This document shows, piece after piece, positions 1 to 9,108 of a DNA stretch of 64,000 nt. This stretch comes from Methanobacteriota archaeon (lineage in GTDB: Archaea; Thermoplasmatota; Poseidoniia; Poseidoniales; Thalassarchaeaceae). Under the pieces are notes generated by a model. It saw only the letters and a list, made by a program, of their open reading frames with translations, made no database searches and was not told the origin of the DNA. Each line of letters opens with the position of its first letter. Within the stretch, counting starts at the first letter, position 1. The stretch is from assembly GCA_011523055.1 (NCBI GenBank), contig WTHQ01000020.1, positions 80,114-144,113 on the forward strand. The letters run 5' to 3'. Both the position numbers and the translations under genes were made by a program.

Positions 1-165
<165 letters not shown>

Positions 166-175
166 AGTTGGTTCG

Positions 176-577
176 ATGGAGAGTATCTCATTCAGGAATG
201 ATGCTTCCTCAGCATCGGTCCCAAGGAGGATTGCAGCCTCATTCTTCTACCTCTCCCACATTTTCGTCACTATGCTCGTTGGATTAGGTTGGCTCGCTCC
301 GTGGGACATAGTTCTCTGGTCAGTGGTTGTAGTTTACTGTGCGACTGAGATACTCTGGCTCACCCGAGATGGCTATTGCATTCTAACCGATATTGAACGG
401 TGGCTTTTGGGTATCGAGAAACCGAAAAGCGCTCTCCAACAAAATTTCATCCAAAGACTGTTATTGTCATGGACGGGTAAATCTTTCACCCCGCAGAACT
501 CAAGGAATTTGACTGTCATCTGGGGTAGGTTGAGCCTCTCCATATGCATCGTCAGACTCTATTCCCCCTGGTTTTGA
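176..577 (+). CDS. Small hypothetical membrane protein (two predicted TM helices)
   Basis: ATG-initiated 133-aa ORF packed between trxB and the MoeZ-like gene, with a hydrophobic core FFYLSHIFVTMLVGLGWLAPWDIVLWSVVVVYCATEILWL. No recognisable family. Confidence 0.35.
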   Translation: MESISFRNDASSASVPRRIAASFFYLSHIFVTMLVGLGWLAPWDIVLWSVVVVYCATEILWLTRDGYCILTDIERWLLGIEKPKSALQQNFIQRLLLSWTGKSFTPQNSRNLTVIWGRLSLSICIVRLYSPWF

Positions 578-582
578 TAGAA

Positions 583-1665
583 ATGGATGAGAGGAGATTG
601 AATCGATTCGATAGGCATATTGTACTTGATCAAATTGGCTTGTCTGGCCAGATTAAGTTCTCAAAGTCGATCGTGACAGTAATCGGAGCGGGCGGCCTTG
701 GAAGTCCCGCTCTTTTGTACTTGGCAGCTGCTGGAATAGGTGAGATCAGGATTATTGATGATGATGTCGTCGACGTCTCCAACTTACAGAGGCAGGTTCT
801 ACACTCGGAAAGAACAATCGGGTTGAAAAAAGTGACATCAGCGACGGACAGGCTGAAGGAAATTGATTCAAATCTCATGATTAGATTTTTCGAATCCAGA
901 CTGACTCCAGAGAACGCAATTGATTTGATCACAGGATCTGATGTAGTCATAGATGGAACAGATAATTTCCAAGCAAGATACGCAATAAATGACGCCTGTG
1001 AGGAGCTAGGCGTTCCCTGGGTGTTTGCCAGTGTGCTGAGATTTGAGGGTCAAGTCTCAGTCTTCAATTATCAGGGCGGGCCGAATTATCGCGATTTATT
1101 CCCCAGTATACCCCCCCGTGAACTGGCCCCGAATTGTTCTGAGGCAGGAATATTGGGGTCAGTGACCGGAATTATCGGATCCATACAAGCCACTGAGGCA
1201 TTGAAAGTCTTACTGGAAAAGAAGGATGTCCTATCCGGAAGACTATTAATTTTTGATGCCCTCAAAATGGAATCTCGGATTCTGAGGTTCGGTGGGGAAC
1301 AAAGGGGCCCTCCCAGGATCGTTGCAAGTCCGATAATGAACAAGAAAATTACTCCAAAGGAGCTTGAAAGAATGATGCGAGAGGGGGAAGATTTGTTTTT
1401 ATTGGACGTCAGGAGAGAATTCGAGGAGTCAATAGCAAGTATTGAAGGAACATCGATTAGGATCGAGCACCTACAAATCCCCGCAAGAATAGATGAACTA
1501 CCGCGAAATTTACCGATAATAGTGTATTGCCATTCTGGAGTTAGATCTGCTGCGGTGGTCGAATATCTTTCAAAACTTGATGATTTTAGTGGAAGCGTAT
1601 CAAACCTGGAGGGCGGGATCGATAGATGGTCTATCGAAATAGATTCGAATATTCCAAGATATTGA
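583..1665 (+). CDS. ThiF/MoeB-family E1-like adenylyltransferase with C-terminal rhodanese domain (MoeZ/MoeB-like; sulfur-carrier or SAMP activation, molybdopterin/thiolation)
   Basis: Nucleotide-binding motif VIGAGGLGSPALLYLAAAGIGEIRIIDDDVVDVSNLQRQ. C-terminal rhodanese active-site loop YCHSGVRS. Start placed at the internal ATG (MDERRLNRFDRHIVLDQ) matching the usual MoeB N-terminus. Confidence 0.8.
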   Translation: MDERRLNRFDRHIVLDQIGLSGQIKFSKSIVTVIGAGGLGSPALLYLAAAGIGEIRIIDDDVVDVSNLQRQVLHSERTIGLKKVTSATDRLKEIDSNLMIRFFESRLTPENAIDLITGSDVVIDGTDNFQARYAINDACEELGVPWVFASVLRFEGQVSVFNYQGGPNYRDLFPSIPPRELAPNCSEAGILGSVTGIIGSIQATEALKVLLEKKDVLSGRLLIFDALKMESRILRFGGEQRGPPRIVASPIMNKKITPKELERMMREGEDLFLLDVRREFEESIASIEGTSIRIEHLQIPARIDELPRNLPIIVYCHSGVRSAAVVEYLSKLDDFSGSVSNLEGGIDRWSIEIDSNIPRY

Positions 1666-1846
1666 AAAATTATCTATTTATGTAAATAATTTTAATTTAA
1701 TTTTCATTTATTATGTAAAATAAATTTTTTTTTTTTCTTAAAATTATGTAAAATACATTTCAGTACAACATTTTATTAATGTATAAAATTTGTTTTAAAA
1801 TTTTTAATATAAGGTAAATAGAATTAATTTCATCAGAATAATTTAT
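1666..1846 (+). promoter_or_regulatory. Extremely AT-rich (about 85-90% AT) intergenic island with phased TTATGTAAA(A/T) repeats and a T13 tract. Likely terminator of the upstream gene plus promoter/operator array for the downstream fused E1 gene.
   Basis: Core ATGTAAA copies begin at about 1680, 1713 and 1747 (33-34 bp spacing, same helical face). Degenerate copies near 1789 (ATGTATAAAA) and 1845 (ATGTGC). Poly-T at about 1724-1737. Confidence 0.4.
1724..1737 (+). terminator. Oligo-T tract (13 T), candidate archaeal intrinsic terminator about 60 bp downstream of the MoeZ-like gene stop
   Basis: Uninterrupted T run. Archaeal RNAP terminates at oligo-T tracts. Confidence 0.3.
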
Positions 1847-1870
1847 GTGCTTTCTATCTATGCAGAGTTC

Positions 1871-4678
1871 ATGTCCTATGAAATATCAGGCATATGGAGA
1901 TGTCCCAATTGCAATCATCACCAACCTTGGAAATCTAGCAAAAGGGAGCTTAAGGCCTTGGATAGAAAATGCACAAAGTGTTCAGAAAGGACTAGGATAA
2001 TGATTCACAGGTCACCAACTGGCCAAGGCCGCACGTCCCATGCAAAAGTATGGATTAGGGAAAAACATAGTGACTCAGACCTTGAGAGTGAGGCGAGAAG
2101 CAGGAACAATCCATTGCATGAGGGACCCGATGAGTACAGCGGTGATCAATCTGACTTGCCAAAGATTTGGGGTCGAGGGTGGAAGCCCACGGAACATTTG
2201 ACCTTTGATAAGGCGATTAAACCGGATTACGTCATCAATGAAGTTCTGAGGTTCACAGCCGAAAGGTGGGATGGTTACCTGGAATTAATCAGAGATGCTC
2301 TCAAAGAATGCGTCGGTACAAAGTCAATGAACGGTGAGGAATTTCATGAGTGGTCAGAGCTGTTTTGCGATCACGTGCATGAATCATTCGATGACAGGCT
2401 TCATACACCAAAAATCAACAGTATCTTGCTGACTGAAATTATCCCGAAGAGGGATGGTAGACTCTATCTGTCAAGAAGAAGGGATAGGTTGCTGTTAGAC
2501 TTGCGCCTTCTTCTCAGAAGGCTTGCGCACTTGGCTTCAATCACCAAAGAAGAGCGTCTTCATTGGCATAGACTGATGTTGAGGACCAGAGTTTTGGACG
2601 GACATCTAAAGGAGCTTTTCGTTGAGGGAGTCGAAACTCCTGACGGGGGCAATTTTGGAGGGAAGGGTTTCAGATCGACCTGGCAAGAGCCTATCGCTGC
2701 ATGTGGCACAGCACTGCAACTGGGGAATGACGTGGCTGCTCCGATGATCAGGGATCTTGGGCTCGCACTCTCAATGGGGCAGACGCCACTATCAATCATG
2801 TCTGCACAGATGGGTAAGTCTGGATCGCAGATGAATGGCGGCCACCCTAACTTCGGGGGCAGAGACCTACATATCGGAGATTGGAATTATGGCATTCTTC
2901 CACCCACTGCCCCGTTACCCATTGCAAGTGCGACTGCTACGGGAATCGCTCTTGCATCATCAAGAAACGGGAACGGAGTGTTCACACTTGCTCCCGTTGG
3001 GGAGGGTTGCAGTAGCAGCGGGGAGTTTTGGGAAGCGATAAACTTCGCAGGCGCTAGGGGGCTCCCAATATGTTACATCATCCAAAACAATCAGATTGCA
3101 CTTGACACATTCTCAAACAAACAATCAGGGGCAGAGACATTCGGGGATAAGGGAGCTTCGGTTGGGCTTCCGGCTTGGAGCATAGATGGGTCTGACCCAG
3201 CGATCTACTATGCTTCGGTTGCAGTGGCCCGAGAGCTTTCTGTTTCTGGATTTGGGGGCTGCATCATACATGTCGAAACCATGAGGGGTTGTGGCCATGC
3301 GCATCATCACGATGACCTCTATCTTGGTGCAGAAAGTGGCAATCCACCAGGCTACGTCGGACAGGACTTAATCCAGTATTGGTCCAAAAAGGAACCAATC
3401 GAAAATCATGAACGGCTGCTGATAGGAATGGGTGTCAGTGCCAAATTACTGAAGTCAATTGTTGACGAAGAAGTCGCTCTTTGCGGGGAGGCGCGATTGG
3501 CCGTGGAGTCCATGGCTTGGCCCGAGCCGGAGACCGTGGCTGTCGGAACGACAAAGCTGACAGATGCAAGAACGCACGAGCAACAGATCAAGGATCTTGA
3601 GGGCGTCCAAAAACTGGTCGGCCATTCGGACCTGGGGCCAATGGAATTCGATGATGCGGTTAACTCGTGGAGTTTCAGTAGAGCAATTCAGAACGCAATG
3701 GTCAATATCGCGGATAATGATGGGGAAAACGTACTATTCATGGGCGAGGACATGGAAATTGCCGGGGCCTTCGGATTGAATCTCGCCCTCAAGGCCAAAG
3801 GGCACGGTGGGAAACTTCTCGACATGCCATTGTCTGAATCTATCATCATAAACGGAGCAACGGGAGCTGCCTTGGCCGGTCTTCGCCCGATCGCGGAGAT
3901 ACAATTCGGAGGGTTCGCCGCTCTGGCAATGAACGCTTTGGTGAACAATGCCGCTCAACTGAGATGGAGATGGGGGGCCAATGTCCCCCTCACAGTGAGA
4001 ATTCCGTTGGGCGGGAAAACGAGAAGTGGGCCGTATCATGCCAATGTGATAGAATCTTGGTTTCTGAATGACCCAGGGCTTTTGATTGGGTTCCCGTCAA
4101 ATCCCCAAGATGCCTATGATCTACTCATTGAGGGGCATTCGTTGGATGACCCTTTCGTACTCTTGGAACACATTGGATTGTACGGATTGCGTGGGGGCCT
4201 GACTGGTTGGGGAGATCGAATAAGCCAGCGCGTCGACACCGAATCGGTGAGGGAGAGACTGCGACAAGGCATGCACACCATTGGAAAAGCGAGAGTAGTG
4301 AAACGAGGTGGGGATGTCTCAGTGATAACTTGGGGTGCAATGGTTCACGTTGCCATGAATGCCGCCAGAGTGCTTTCCAAGGAGGGGATCGATGTAGAGG
4401 TAATTGACCTCAGGACCCTGAATCCACTGGATAGGGGCACATGCGTACAATCTGTCAAAAAGACCGGTCGCATGATCGTTCTACAAGAATCGCAATGGAC
4501 TGGCGGCTTCGGGCACACGATATCATCTGCAGTGCTCGAAGGGTCGTTTTGGTCACTAGAGGCCCCGCCGATTGTAATCGGGGCCCTCGACGTGCCGGTT
4601 CCTTTCTCCCCTCCTCTGGAGGACCACACCATACCTGATGTGGATCTCCTTTCCCAGCATGTCAGGAGATTGGTGTGA
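1871..4678 (+). CDS. Fused E1 alpha-beta component of a TPP-dependent 2-oxoacid (pyruvate/branched-chain/acetoin-type) dehydrogenase, with an approx. 230-aa N-terminal extension carrying a C4 zinc ribbon
   Basis: E1-alpha TPP motif GEGCSSSGEFWEAINFAGARGLPICYIIQNNQ (GDG-x-NN type). E1-beta transketolase-like region MEIAGAFGLNLALKAKG...AEIQFGGFAALAMNALVNNAAQLRWRWG. N-terminus MSYEISGIWRCPNCNHHQPWKSSKRELKALDRKCTKCSE. Open reading frame continuous from GTG 1847; first ATG at 1871. Confidence 0.75.
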   Translation: MSYEISGIWRCPNCNHHQPWKSSKRELKALDRKCTKCSERTRIMIHRSPTGQGRTSHAKVWIREKHSDSDLESEARSRNNPLHEGPDEYSGDQSDLPKIWGRGWKPTEHLTFDKAIKPDYVINEVLRFTAERWDGYLELIRDALKECVGTKSMNGEEFHEWSELFCDHVHESFDDRLHTPKINSILLTEIIPKRDGRLYLSRRRDRLLLDLRLLLRRLAHLASITKEERLHWHRLMLRTRVLDGHLKELFVEGVETPDGGNFGGKGFRSTWQEPIAACGTALQLGNDVAAPMIRDLGLALSMGQTPLSIMSAQMGKSGSQMNGGHPNFGGRDLHIGDWNYGILPPTAPLPIASATATGIALASSRNGNGVFTLAPVGEGCSSSGEFWEAINFAGARGLPICYIIQNNQIALDTFSNKQSGAETFGDKGASVGLPAWSIDGSDPAIYYASVAVARELSVSGFGGCIIHVETMRGCGHAHHHDDLYLGAESGNPPGYVGQDLIQYWSKKEPIENHERLLIGMGVSAKLLKSIVDEEVALCGEARLAVESMAWPEPETVAVGTTKLTDARTHEQQIKDLEGVQKLVGHSDLGPMEFDDAVNSWSFSRAIQNAMVNIADNDGENVLFMGEDMEIAGAFGLNLALKAKGHGGKLLDMPLSESIIINGATGAALAGLRPIAEIQFGGFAALAMNALVNNAAQLRWRWGANVPLTVRIPLGGKTRSGPYHANVIESWFLNDPGLLIGFPSNPQDAYDLLIEGHSLDDPFVLLEHIGLYGLRGGLTGWGDRISQRVDTESVRERLRQGMHTIGKARVVKRGGDVSVITWGAMVHVAMNAARVLSKEGIDVEVIDLRTLNPLDRGTCVQSVKKTGRMIVLQESQWTGGFGHTISSAVLEGSFWSLEAPPIVIGALDVPVPFSPPLEDHTIPDVDLLSQHVRRLV

Positions 4679-4709
4679 TCGGATAACTGTCGCTTCACCC
4701 GTTCCTTAT

Positions 4710-5687
4710 ATGACATCAGAACTACGGGGGGTCATGCTCGCAGGACTTCCTGATGGGGTCCTGTTGATAATCGGCTTGTTATTGCTGGTTTTGGGGGGCG
4801 AGCTGGTCGTTCAGGGCTCTATCAGGATTGCCGGCTTACTTGGGATGCCATCGTTCTTGGTGGGCTTCACCCTGGTTGCGATAGGGACGAGTCTACCTGA
4901 GCTCGGAGTCGTCTTGAACGCCATCAATCGTGAGAGTCTTGAGGCTGTGGACCTGGCTGTAGGGGGAGTCATAGGATCCAACATCGCCAACATCATGCTC
5001 GTGTTGGCAATCGCTATGTTGATCGGGGCAGCTTCTCAGCCAGACAAGGACCTCAAGCAGGATGCCTTGATGCTACTCATCGCTACTGCATTCATCGTGA
5101 TATCGGTCGTCATCGGGGAGTTCTCACTCTTGCTGGGAATTCTGTCGATCGCTACAATGGGAGGCTACTATGCCTACATCTTCAGGACAAGGGGGGGCGA
5201 AGATCAGGGAGAATTGGAGGACTCATGGGTGCCCCAAGGCTACTCCTACGCAATAATTTCATTTTTGCTTGGCCTTCTGTTGGTGAAATATGGGTCTGAC
5301 TTCCTGATCGAGGGAGGGGTCGGGCTGGCTGTGTCATTAGGTGTTTCAGAGGCCGTCATCGGGCTTACTCTCGTAGCATTTGGAACATCGTTGCCAGAAT
5401 TAGCGGTGACGTTGACGGCCTCGATTCGCGGGGTCCAGGGCGTAGCAATAGGGAACATACTAGGATCCAATGTTGCCAACGTGATGGCGGTACTGGGAAT
5501 CGGTTCAATCGTATCCCAGGGTTTGACTGTTTCGAGTTCTTTTCTGACATTGGACATCTGGGTGCTCCTGGGAAGCTCTGGATTAATCGGCCTCTCAATC
5601 CTTACAGGAAAGGGCATATCCAAGCCAATGGGCGCATTCTTGTTGGTTGGGTACCTAGTATACGTCGCTATGTTGTTCATAGGATAG
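4710..5687 (+). CDS. Ca2+/cation antiporter (CaCA/YrbG family) membrane protein
   Basis: Two alpha-repeat signatures GTSLPELGVVLNA and GTSLPELAVTLTAS, with GSNIANIMLVLAI/GSNVANVMAVLGI. About 10 TM helices. ORF opens at 4638 overlapping the E1 3' end; ATG 4710 chosen. Confidence 0.75.
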   Translation: MTSELRGVMLAGLPDGVLLIIGLLLLVLGGELVVQGSIRIAGLLGMPSFLVGFTLVAIGTSLPELGVVLNAINRESLEAVDLAVGGVIGSNIANIMLVLAIAMLIGAASQPDKDLKQDALMLLIATAFIVISVVIGEFSLLLGILSIATMGGYYAYIFRTRGGEDQGELEDSWVPQGYSYAIISFLLGLLLVKYGSDFLIEGGVGLAVSLGVSEAVIGLTLVAFGTSLPELAVTLTASIRGVQGVAIGNILGSNVANVMAVLGIGSIVSQGLTVSSSFLTLDIWVLLGSSGLIGLSILTGKGISKPMGAFLLVGYLVYVAMLFIG

Positions 5688-5694
5688 TTTTGGT

Positions 5695-6291
5695 ATGATC
5701 GACGAGGGCGTCCCAGACTGTCTGATACTTGCATCAGGCCTCAGCAGAAGACTAGGCTACGACAAAGCAACTATCCAATTGGGTGAAACGACACTCTTGT
5801 CAGCCATGATTGAAACCATGAAGGATCATGGAATGAAGACTTGCGTCGTGATTGGTCCGACTTCAGACGAAGCGGGGAGCAGTGACTCTGTGATTTTCGT
5901 CAGAAACGAGAATCCGGATCATGGGAGGACTGGGTCAATACAGGTTGGGTTAGAGGCTCTCGGTTGGCCCGAGAGGGTGATTGTGGCCCCGGTTGACAGA
6001 CCAGGATTTAGCTCAAGGACGCTAAAGAGGCTTTTTTCTGCCGATTCGAGTGCCAGCCCAGAGAAACAGGGCCGAGGGGGCCATCCGGTTTTTTTGGACG
6101 ATGAGGGAGTCATGGCCGTCAGGGATGCTCATCCAGACTCACCGTTGAATTCTCTCATTGACTTTTCCCGCTTCGAGGTCGATGATCCATATTTACACCT
6201 GAATGTGGACACCTCAGAGGACGTCATGTCCTTGAAGATGGCATGGGACGAAATATCAGACTCATGGAAAGTCAACCCCAACCCAGAGTAA
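5695..6291 (+). CDS. MobA/MocA-like molybdenum-cofactor nucleotidyltransferase (likely molybdopterin cytidylyltransferase for an MCD cofactor)
   Basis: N-terminal LILASGLSRRLGYDKA NTP-transferase motif, about 190 aa, sits next to XdhC and an XDH-family enzyme. Confidence 0.6.
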   Translation: MIDEGVPDCLILASGLSRRLGYDKATIQLGETTLLSAMIETMKDHGMKTCVVIGPTSDEAGSSDSVIFVRNENPDHGRTGSIQVGLEALGWPERVIVAPVDRPGFSSRTLKRLFSADSSASPEKQGRGGHPVFLDDEGVMAVRDAHPDSPLNSLIDFSRFEVDDPYLHLNVDTSEDVMSLKMAWDEISDSWKVNPNPE

Positions 6292-7467
6292 TAATAGCCC
6301 ACAAATAAGTCCGGGCAACAGGGTGTGAACAGTGGCCCATAGTGAGGCGGTGCGATGACGTACCAAAAGTGGGAACAGGGCATCTCCGTCCTGAGAGATG
6401 GCATTCGCAACCAATGCCGGGAAGGAAAGAATTCCTTCAACGTAGGCAGTTATTGCAATGATTTGGGGCCCACACCCTGGAATTAGGCCGATGGTTGCAG
6501 CTACTGCTATTGCCCCAGGCCCGTCTCCATTGGTGGCTAGGTCGGATTCAGTCGCCCCAGTTGAAAGCAATAATCCCTCAAAGACCAGGTAGGCTGCTAG
6601 GACCCACGTCGTGACAAAGGCCGTCTCCGATGCGGCGTGGGTCAGCGTTTCATCAAACGAGTGAAGCTTGTCCCCAATAGTTGCCTCAGTGTCATCTGCG
6701 ATGAAGCTCTTCCCTGCGATGTACAATACCAAAGACAGTATCGTGCCAGCCACCCCCACAACAGTGAGAATTCCATCTCTTGTGGACAAATCCCATGACA
6801 GCTCAGGATTGTAACTAGGTTCCCTGGCCAACCAAAATATGAGTAGTACCCCAAGGATGAAGCCGACCATAGTGACTAGCCACCATAACTTGTACCCACT
6901 ATGGACTATCTTGTAGGACAGAGTGCCTGGTTCCTCCCTCGGTAAATTGGAGATGATGTCAGTCATCTCCTTTTTCTCACTCCGGTCCTCTAATGTTTGA
7001 ATCGCCAGATTTCGTTGTGTAATTTTGGGCTTCATTCCGAAGGGGCTTTCAGGTGTGATCATCAACAAATCAGCCCCATAGCCCCAGATCACCCCAGCTA
7101 GGAATGAAATTAGGTGAACGAGGATCACTGGGGCGAGGAATTGATTGTCTTGAATCGCTGCCCCGAACAAAACAAAGGCAGAATCCCCCAGGGTGGCAAT
7201 CAGGGTCGCCAATACAGTCCCGTAGGTGACATAGCCCTTCGCGAACATCGGCATCATGATGATTGCTCCACCGCAACCGGGAATCACGCCCATTAGTGCT
7301 CCGATGAGTGGTTGCCATCTCTTACTCGACCTGATCCAATCAACGAACTTTCCAGCGGTAAGGTACTGTAGCCAGCTGAAGAGGAGGACCATGACGGCGA
7401 CGAACACCGTGACGGCAAGAAACGCATCACGCATTGCAACCAGAATCGTCTCCAGCAGTGGGTTCAC
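6262..7467 (-). CDS. Polytopic membrane protein with two internal repeats, each carrying a conserved IPGCG motif. Permease/transporter of unknown substrate.
   Basis: 401-aa ORF, about 10 TM helices. Motifs GVIPGCGGAIIMMPMF and GLIPGCGPQIIAITAYVEG sit in the N- and C-terminal halves. Located inside the Mo-cofactor/XDH locus. Confidence 0.55.
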   Translation of the reverse strand: MNPLLETILVAMRDAFLAVTVFVAVMVLLFSWLQYLTAGKFVDWIRSSKRWQPLIGALMGVIPGCGGAIIMMPMFAKGYVTYGTVLATLIATLGDSAFVLFGAAIQDNQFLAPVILVHLISFLAGVIWGYGADLLMITPESPFGMKPKITQRNLAIQTLEDRSEKKEMTDIISNLPREEPGTLSYKIVHSGYKLWWLVTMVGFILGVLLIFWLAREPSYNPELSWDLSTRDGILTVVGVAGTILSLVLYIAGKSFIADDTEATIGDKLHSFDETLTHAASETAFVTTWVLAAYLVFEGLLLSTGATESDLATNGDGPGAIAVAATIGLIPGCGPQIIAITAYVEGILSFPALVANAISQDGDALFPLLVRHRTASLWATVHTLLPGLICGLLLLWVGVDFP

Positions 7468-7493
7468 GGTTGTTACAAAAGGCTGGAAGACTT

Positions 7494-8360
7494 ATGACTT
7501 CCCAATGGCTGCAGGAGAAAAAGTGCAAGAGCACCGACGCGGAGATGTTTTTTTTGGGATCAATGACTCTGAGGTGGGCGTTGCACCAATTGGATTTATG
7601 CAATACCGTAGCCATGGCCTCAATAATTGACTCGGATGGTAGCGTCCCTGCCAAAGTGGGGGCGAAATTGGCATTTTCCACCTCTGGAGACAGACATGGC
7701 ACAGTCGGAGGAGCCGGTCTGGAACTCAAAATCGAACACAGACTGAGATCGATACTCAATGGTTCCGAGGGGGGAATTGAGACCTTCGTCCTCTCCAAGT
7801 CATCTAGTGATCCTTCCACCACCAACCTAAACAGCCTCTGTGGTGGCCGGGTGACTGTGGCATTCGAGAGGTTGGATCCAAGCCCCCATATTCTACTGAT
7901 GGGTGGCGGCCACGTTGCAAAAGCCATCAGCGAGGCATGTGAACTCTTGGGATGGCGACATAGCGTCTTTGATGAACGTGGGGAATACGCGTCCTCAGAG
8001 TCATTCCCCGCCTCAGTAGAAAGAATCCATGCCAGCGCAGATGAGTTCCTTGAAATTGAGACTGCCACGTCACTCTCACGGTTTTCCGATATTCTCCTGC
8101 TCGGCCATGACTGGGCGATAGATCAGAAGCTGTTGATTGGGCTGCTGTCATATTCCGAGGATATTCCATGTAGGATAGGGTGCATAGGATCAAAGACCAA
8201 GTGGAGAGAATTCACAAAGTCAGCGAAAGGAGAGGGAGTTTCAGACGATCGTTTGGGTTTGGTCAGATGCCCAATCGGCGCCCCGATAGGAGCTGTGACC
8301 GTGGAGGAGATAGCATTCGCTGTCTGTGGCGAGATCATCTCGCTCATCAGGACCTCGTGA
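7494..8360 (+). CDS. XdhC/CoxI-family accessory protein (Mo-cofactor insertion/maturation for XDH-family enzymes)
   Basis: N-terminal XdhC_CoxI-like segment VAMASIIDSDGSVPAKVGAKLAFSTSGDRHGTVGGAGLE. Rossmann-like XdhC_C LLMGGGHVAKAISEACELLGWRHSVFDER. First ATG at 7494; the listed ORF start 7434 is TTG. Confidence 0.7.
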   Translation: MTSQWLQEKKCKSTDAEMFFLGSMTLRWALHQLDLCNTVAMASIIDSDGSVPAKVGAKLAFSTSGDRHGTVGGAGLELKIEHRLRSILNGSEGGIETFVLSKSSSDPSTTNLNSLCGGRVTVAFERLDPSPHILLMGGGHVAKAISEACELLGWRHSVFDERGEYASSESFPASVERIHASADEFLEIETATSLSRFSDILLLGHDWAIDQKLLIGLLSYSEDIPCRIGCIGSKTKWREFTKSAKGEGVSDDRLGLVRCPIGAPIGAVTVEEIAFAVCGEIISLIRTS

Positions 8361-8398
8361 CTAATCCGCTTCAAGCGCCACCTTCAATTTCATAACCA

Positions 8399-9067
8399 AT
8401 GGCAATGCAACAAACACTCGTGCGTAGGGTTAGGCTTAGGTGGAGTCGCTCAGACTTAGAAGGGGTAGCAGAGTTCAAACAGTTGATGGATGCTGTAAGA
8501 AAATACGAGGTGCTTGCCCACATGAAGCTGGGTGAAGAGGGTATCGAGCATCTCGCTGAGATAATCCCTGTGAAAGGTGAGTTGAGCGCAATGGATGACA
8601 TTCCAACTTTCGATGTGCTGGAAGTCCATGAGAAGGATGATGACTCTGGCTCATACCTAGTCTCTGTGAATCTTACACATTCCCTCCCGATGATGATGTT
8701 AGACCTGGAAAAAATACACTTACATCCGCCATATGGTTTAGACGAAGATGGACTCGAATTGAATTTTACTGGCCGATCAGACTCAATGAAGCGTCTCATT
8801 GAATTGCTGAGGATGATGATGCCCTGGGATTCGATCAGCATACAATCCGTCAGGAGCAATGTAGGCGACATGTGGCGAGGGATATTGACCGACCGACAAA
8901 TAGAAGTTCTTCGCCAGGCTGTAAATCTAGGGTACTACTCAGACGAGAGAGGGATCAAGATAAAAGATCTCGCAGAAAGTATGGGGATGGCAAGGTCCAC
9001 GATGGGGGGGCATCTCAAACTGATAGAACAATCTGTGATGTCAAAGGTGGTTGACGACTTAGGCTGA
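8399..9067 (+). CDS. Archaeal transcription regulator with C-terminal bat-type HTH_10 domain
   Basis: C-terminal LTDRQIEVLRQAVNLGYYSDERGIKIKDLAESMGMARSTMGGHLKLIEQ matches the bacterio-opsin activator HTH_10 pattern. Immediately upstream of the CoxSLM-like genes. Confidence 0.7.
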   Translation: MAMQQTLVRRVRLRWSRSDLEGVAEFKQLMDAVRKYEVLAHMKLGEEGIEHLAEIIPVKGELSAMDDIPTFDVLEVHEKDDDSGSYLVSVNLTHSLPMMMLDLEKIHLHPPYGLDEDGLELNFTGRSDSMKRLIELLRMMMPWDSISIQSVRSNVGDMWRGILTDRQIEVLRQAVNLGYYSDERGIKIKDLAESMGMARSTMGGHLKLIEQSVMSKVVDDLG

Positions 9068-9108
9068 CTAGCCCTAAGTCTCTTACACCTAGCAACAAGT
9101 CGAGGAAC

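Noticed and set aside
1666-1846. AT-rich island as an IS element remnant or replication origin
   Set aside because: No transposase or integrase, no terminal inverted repeats, no ORB-like repeats and no cdc6/orc1 neighbour. A regulatory array or promoter is more parsimonious.
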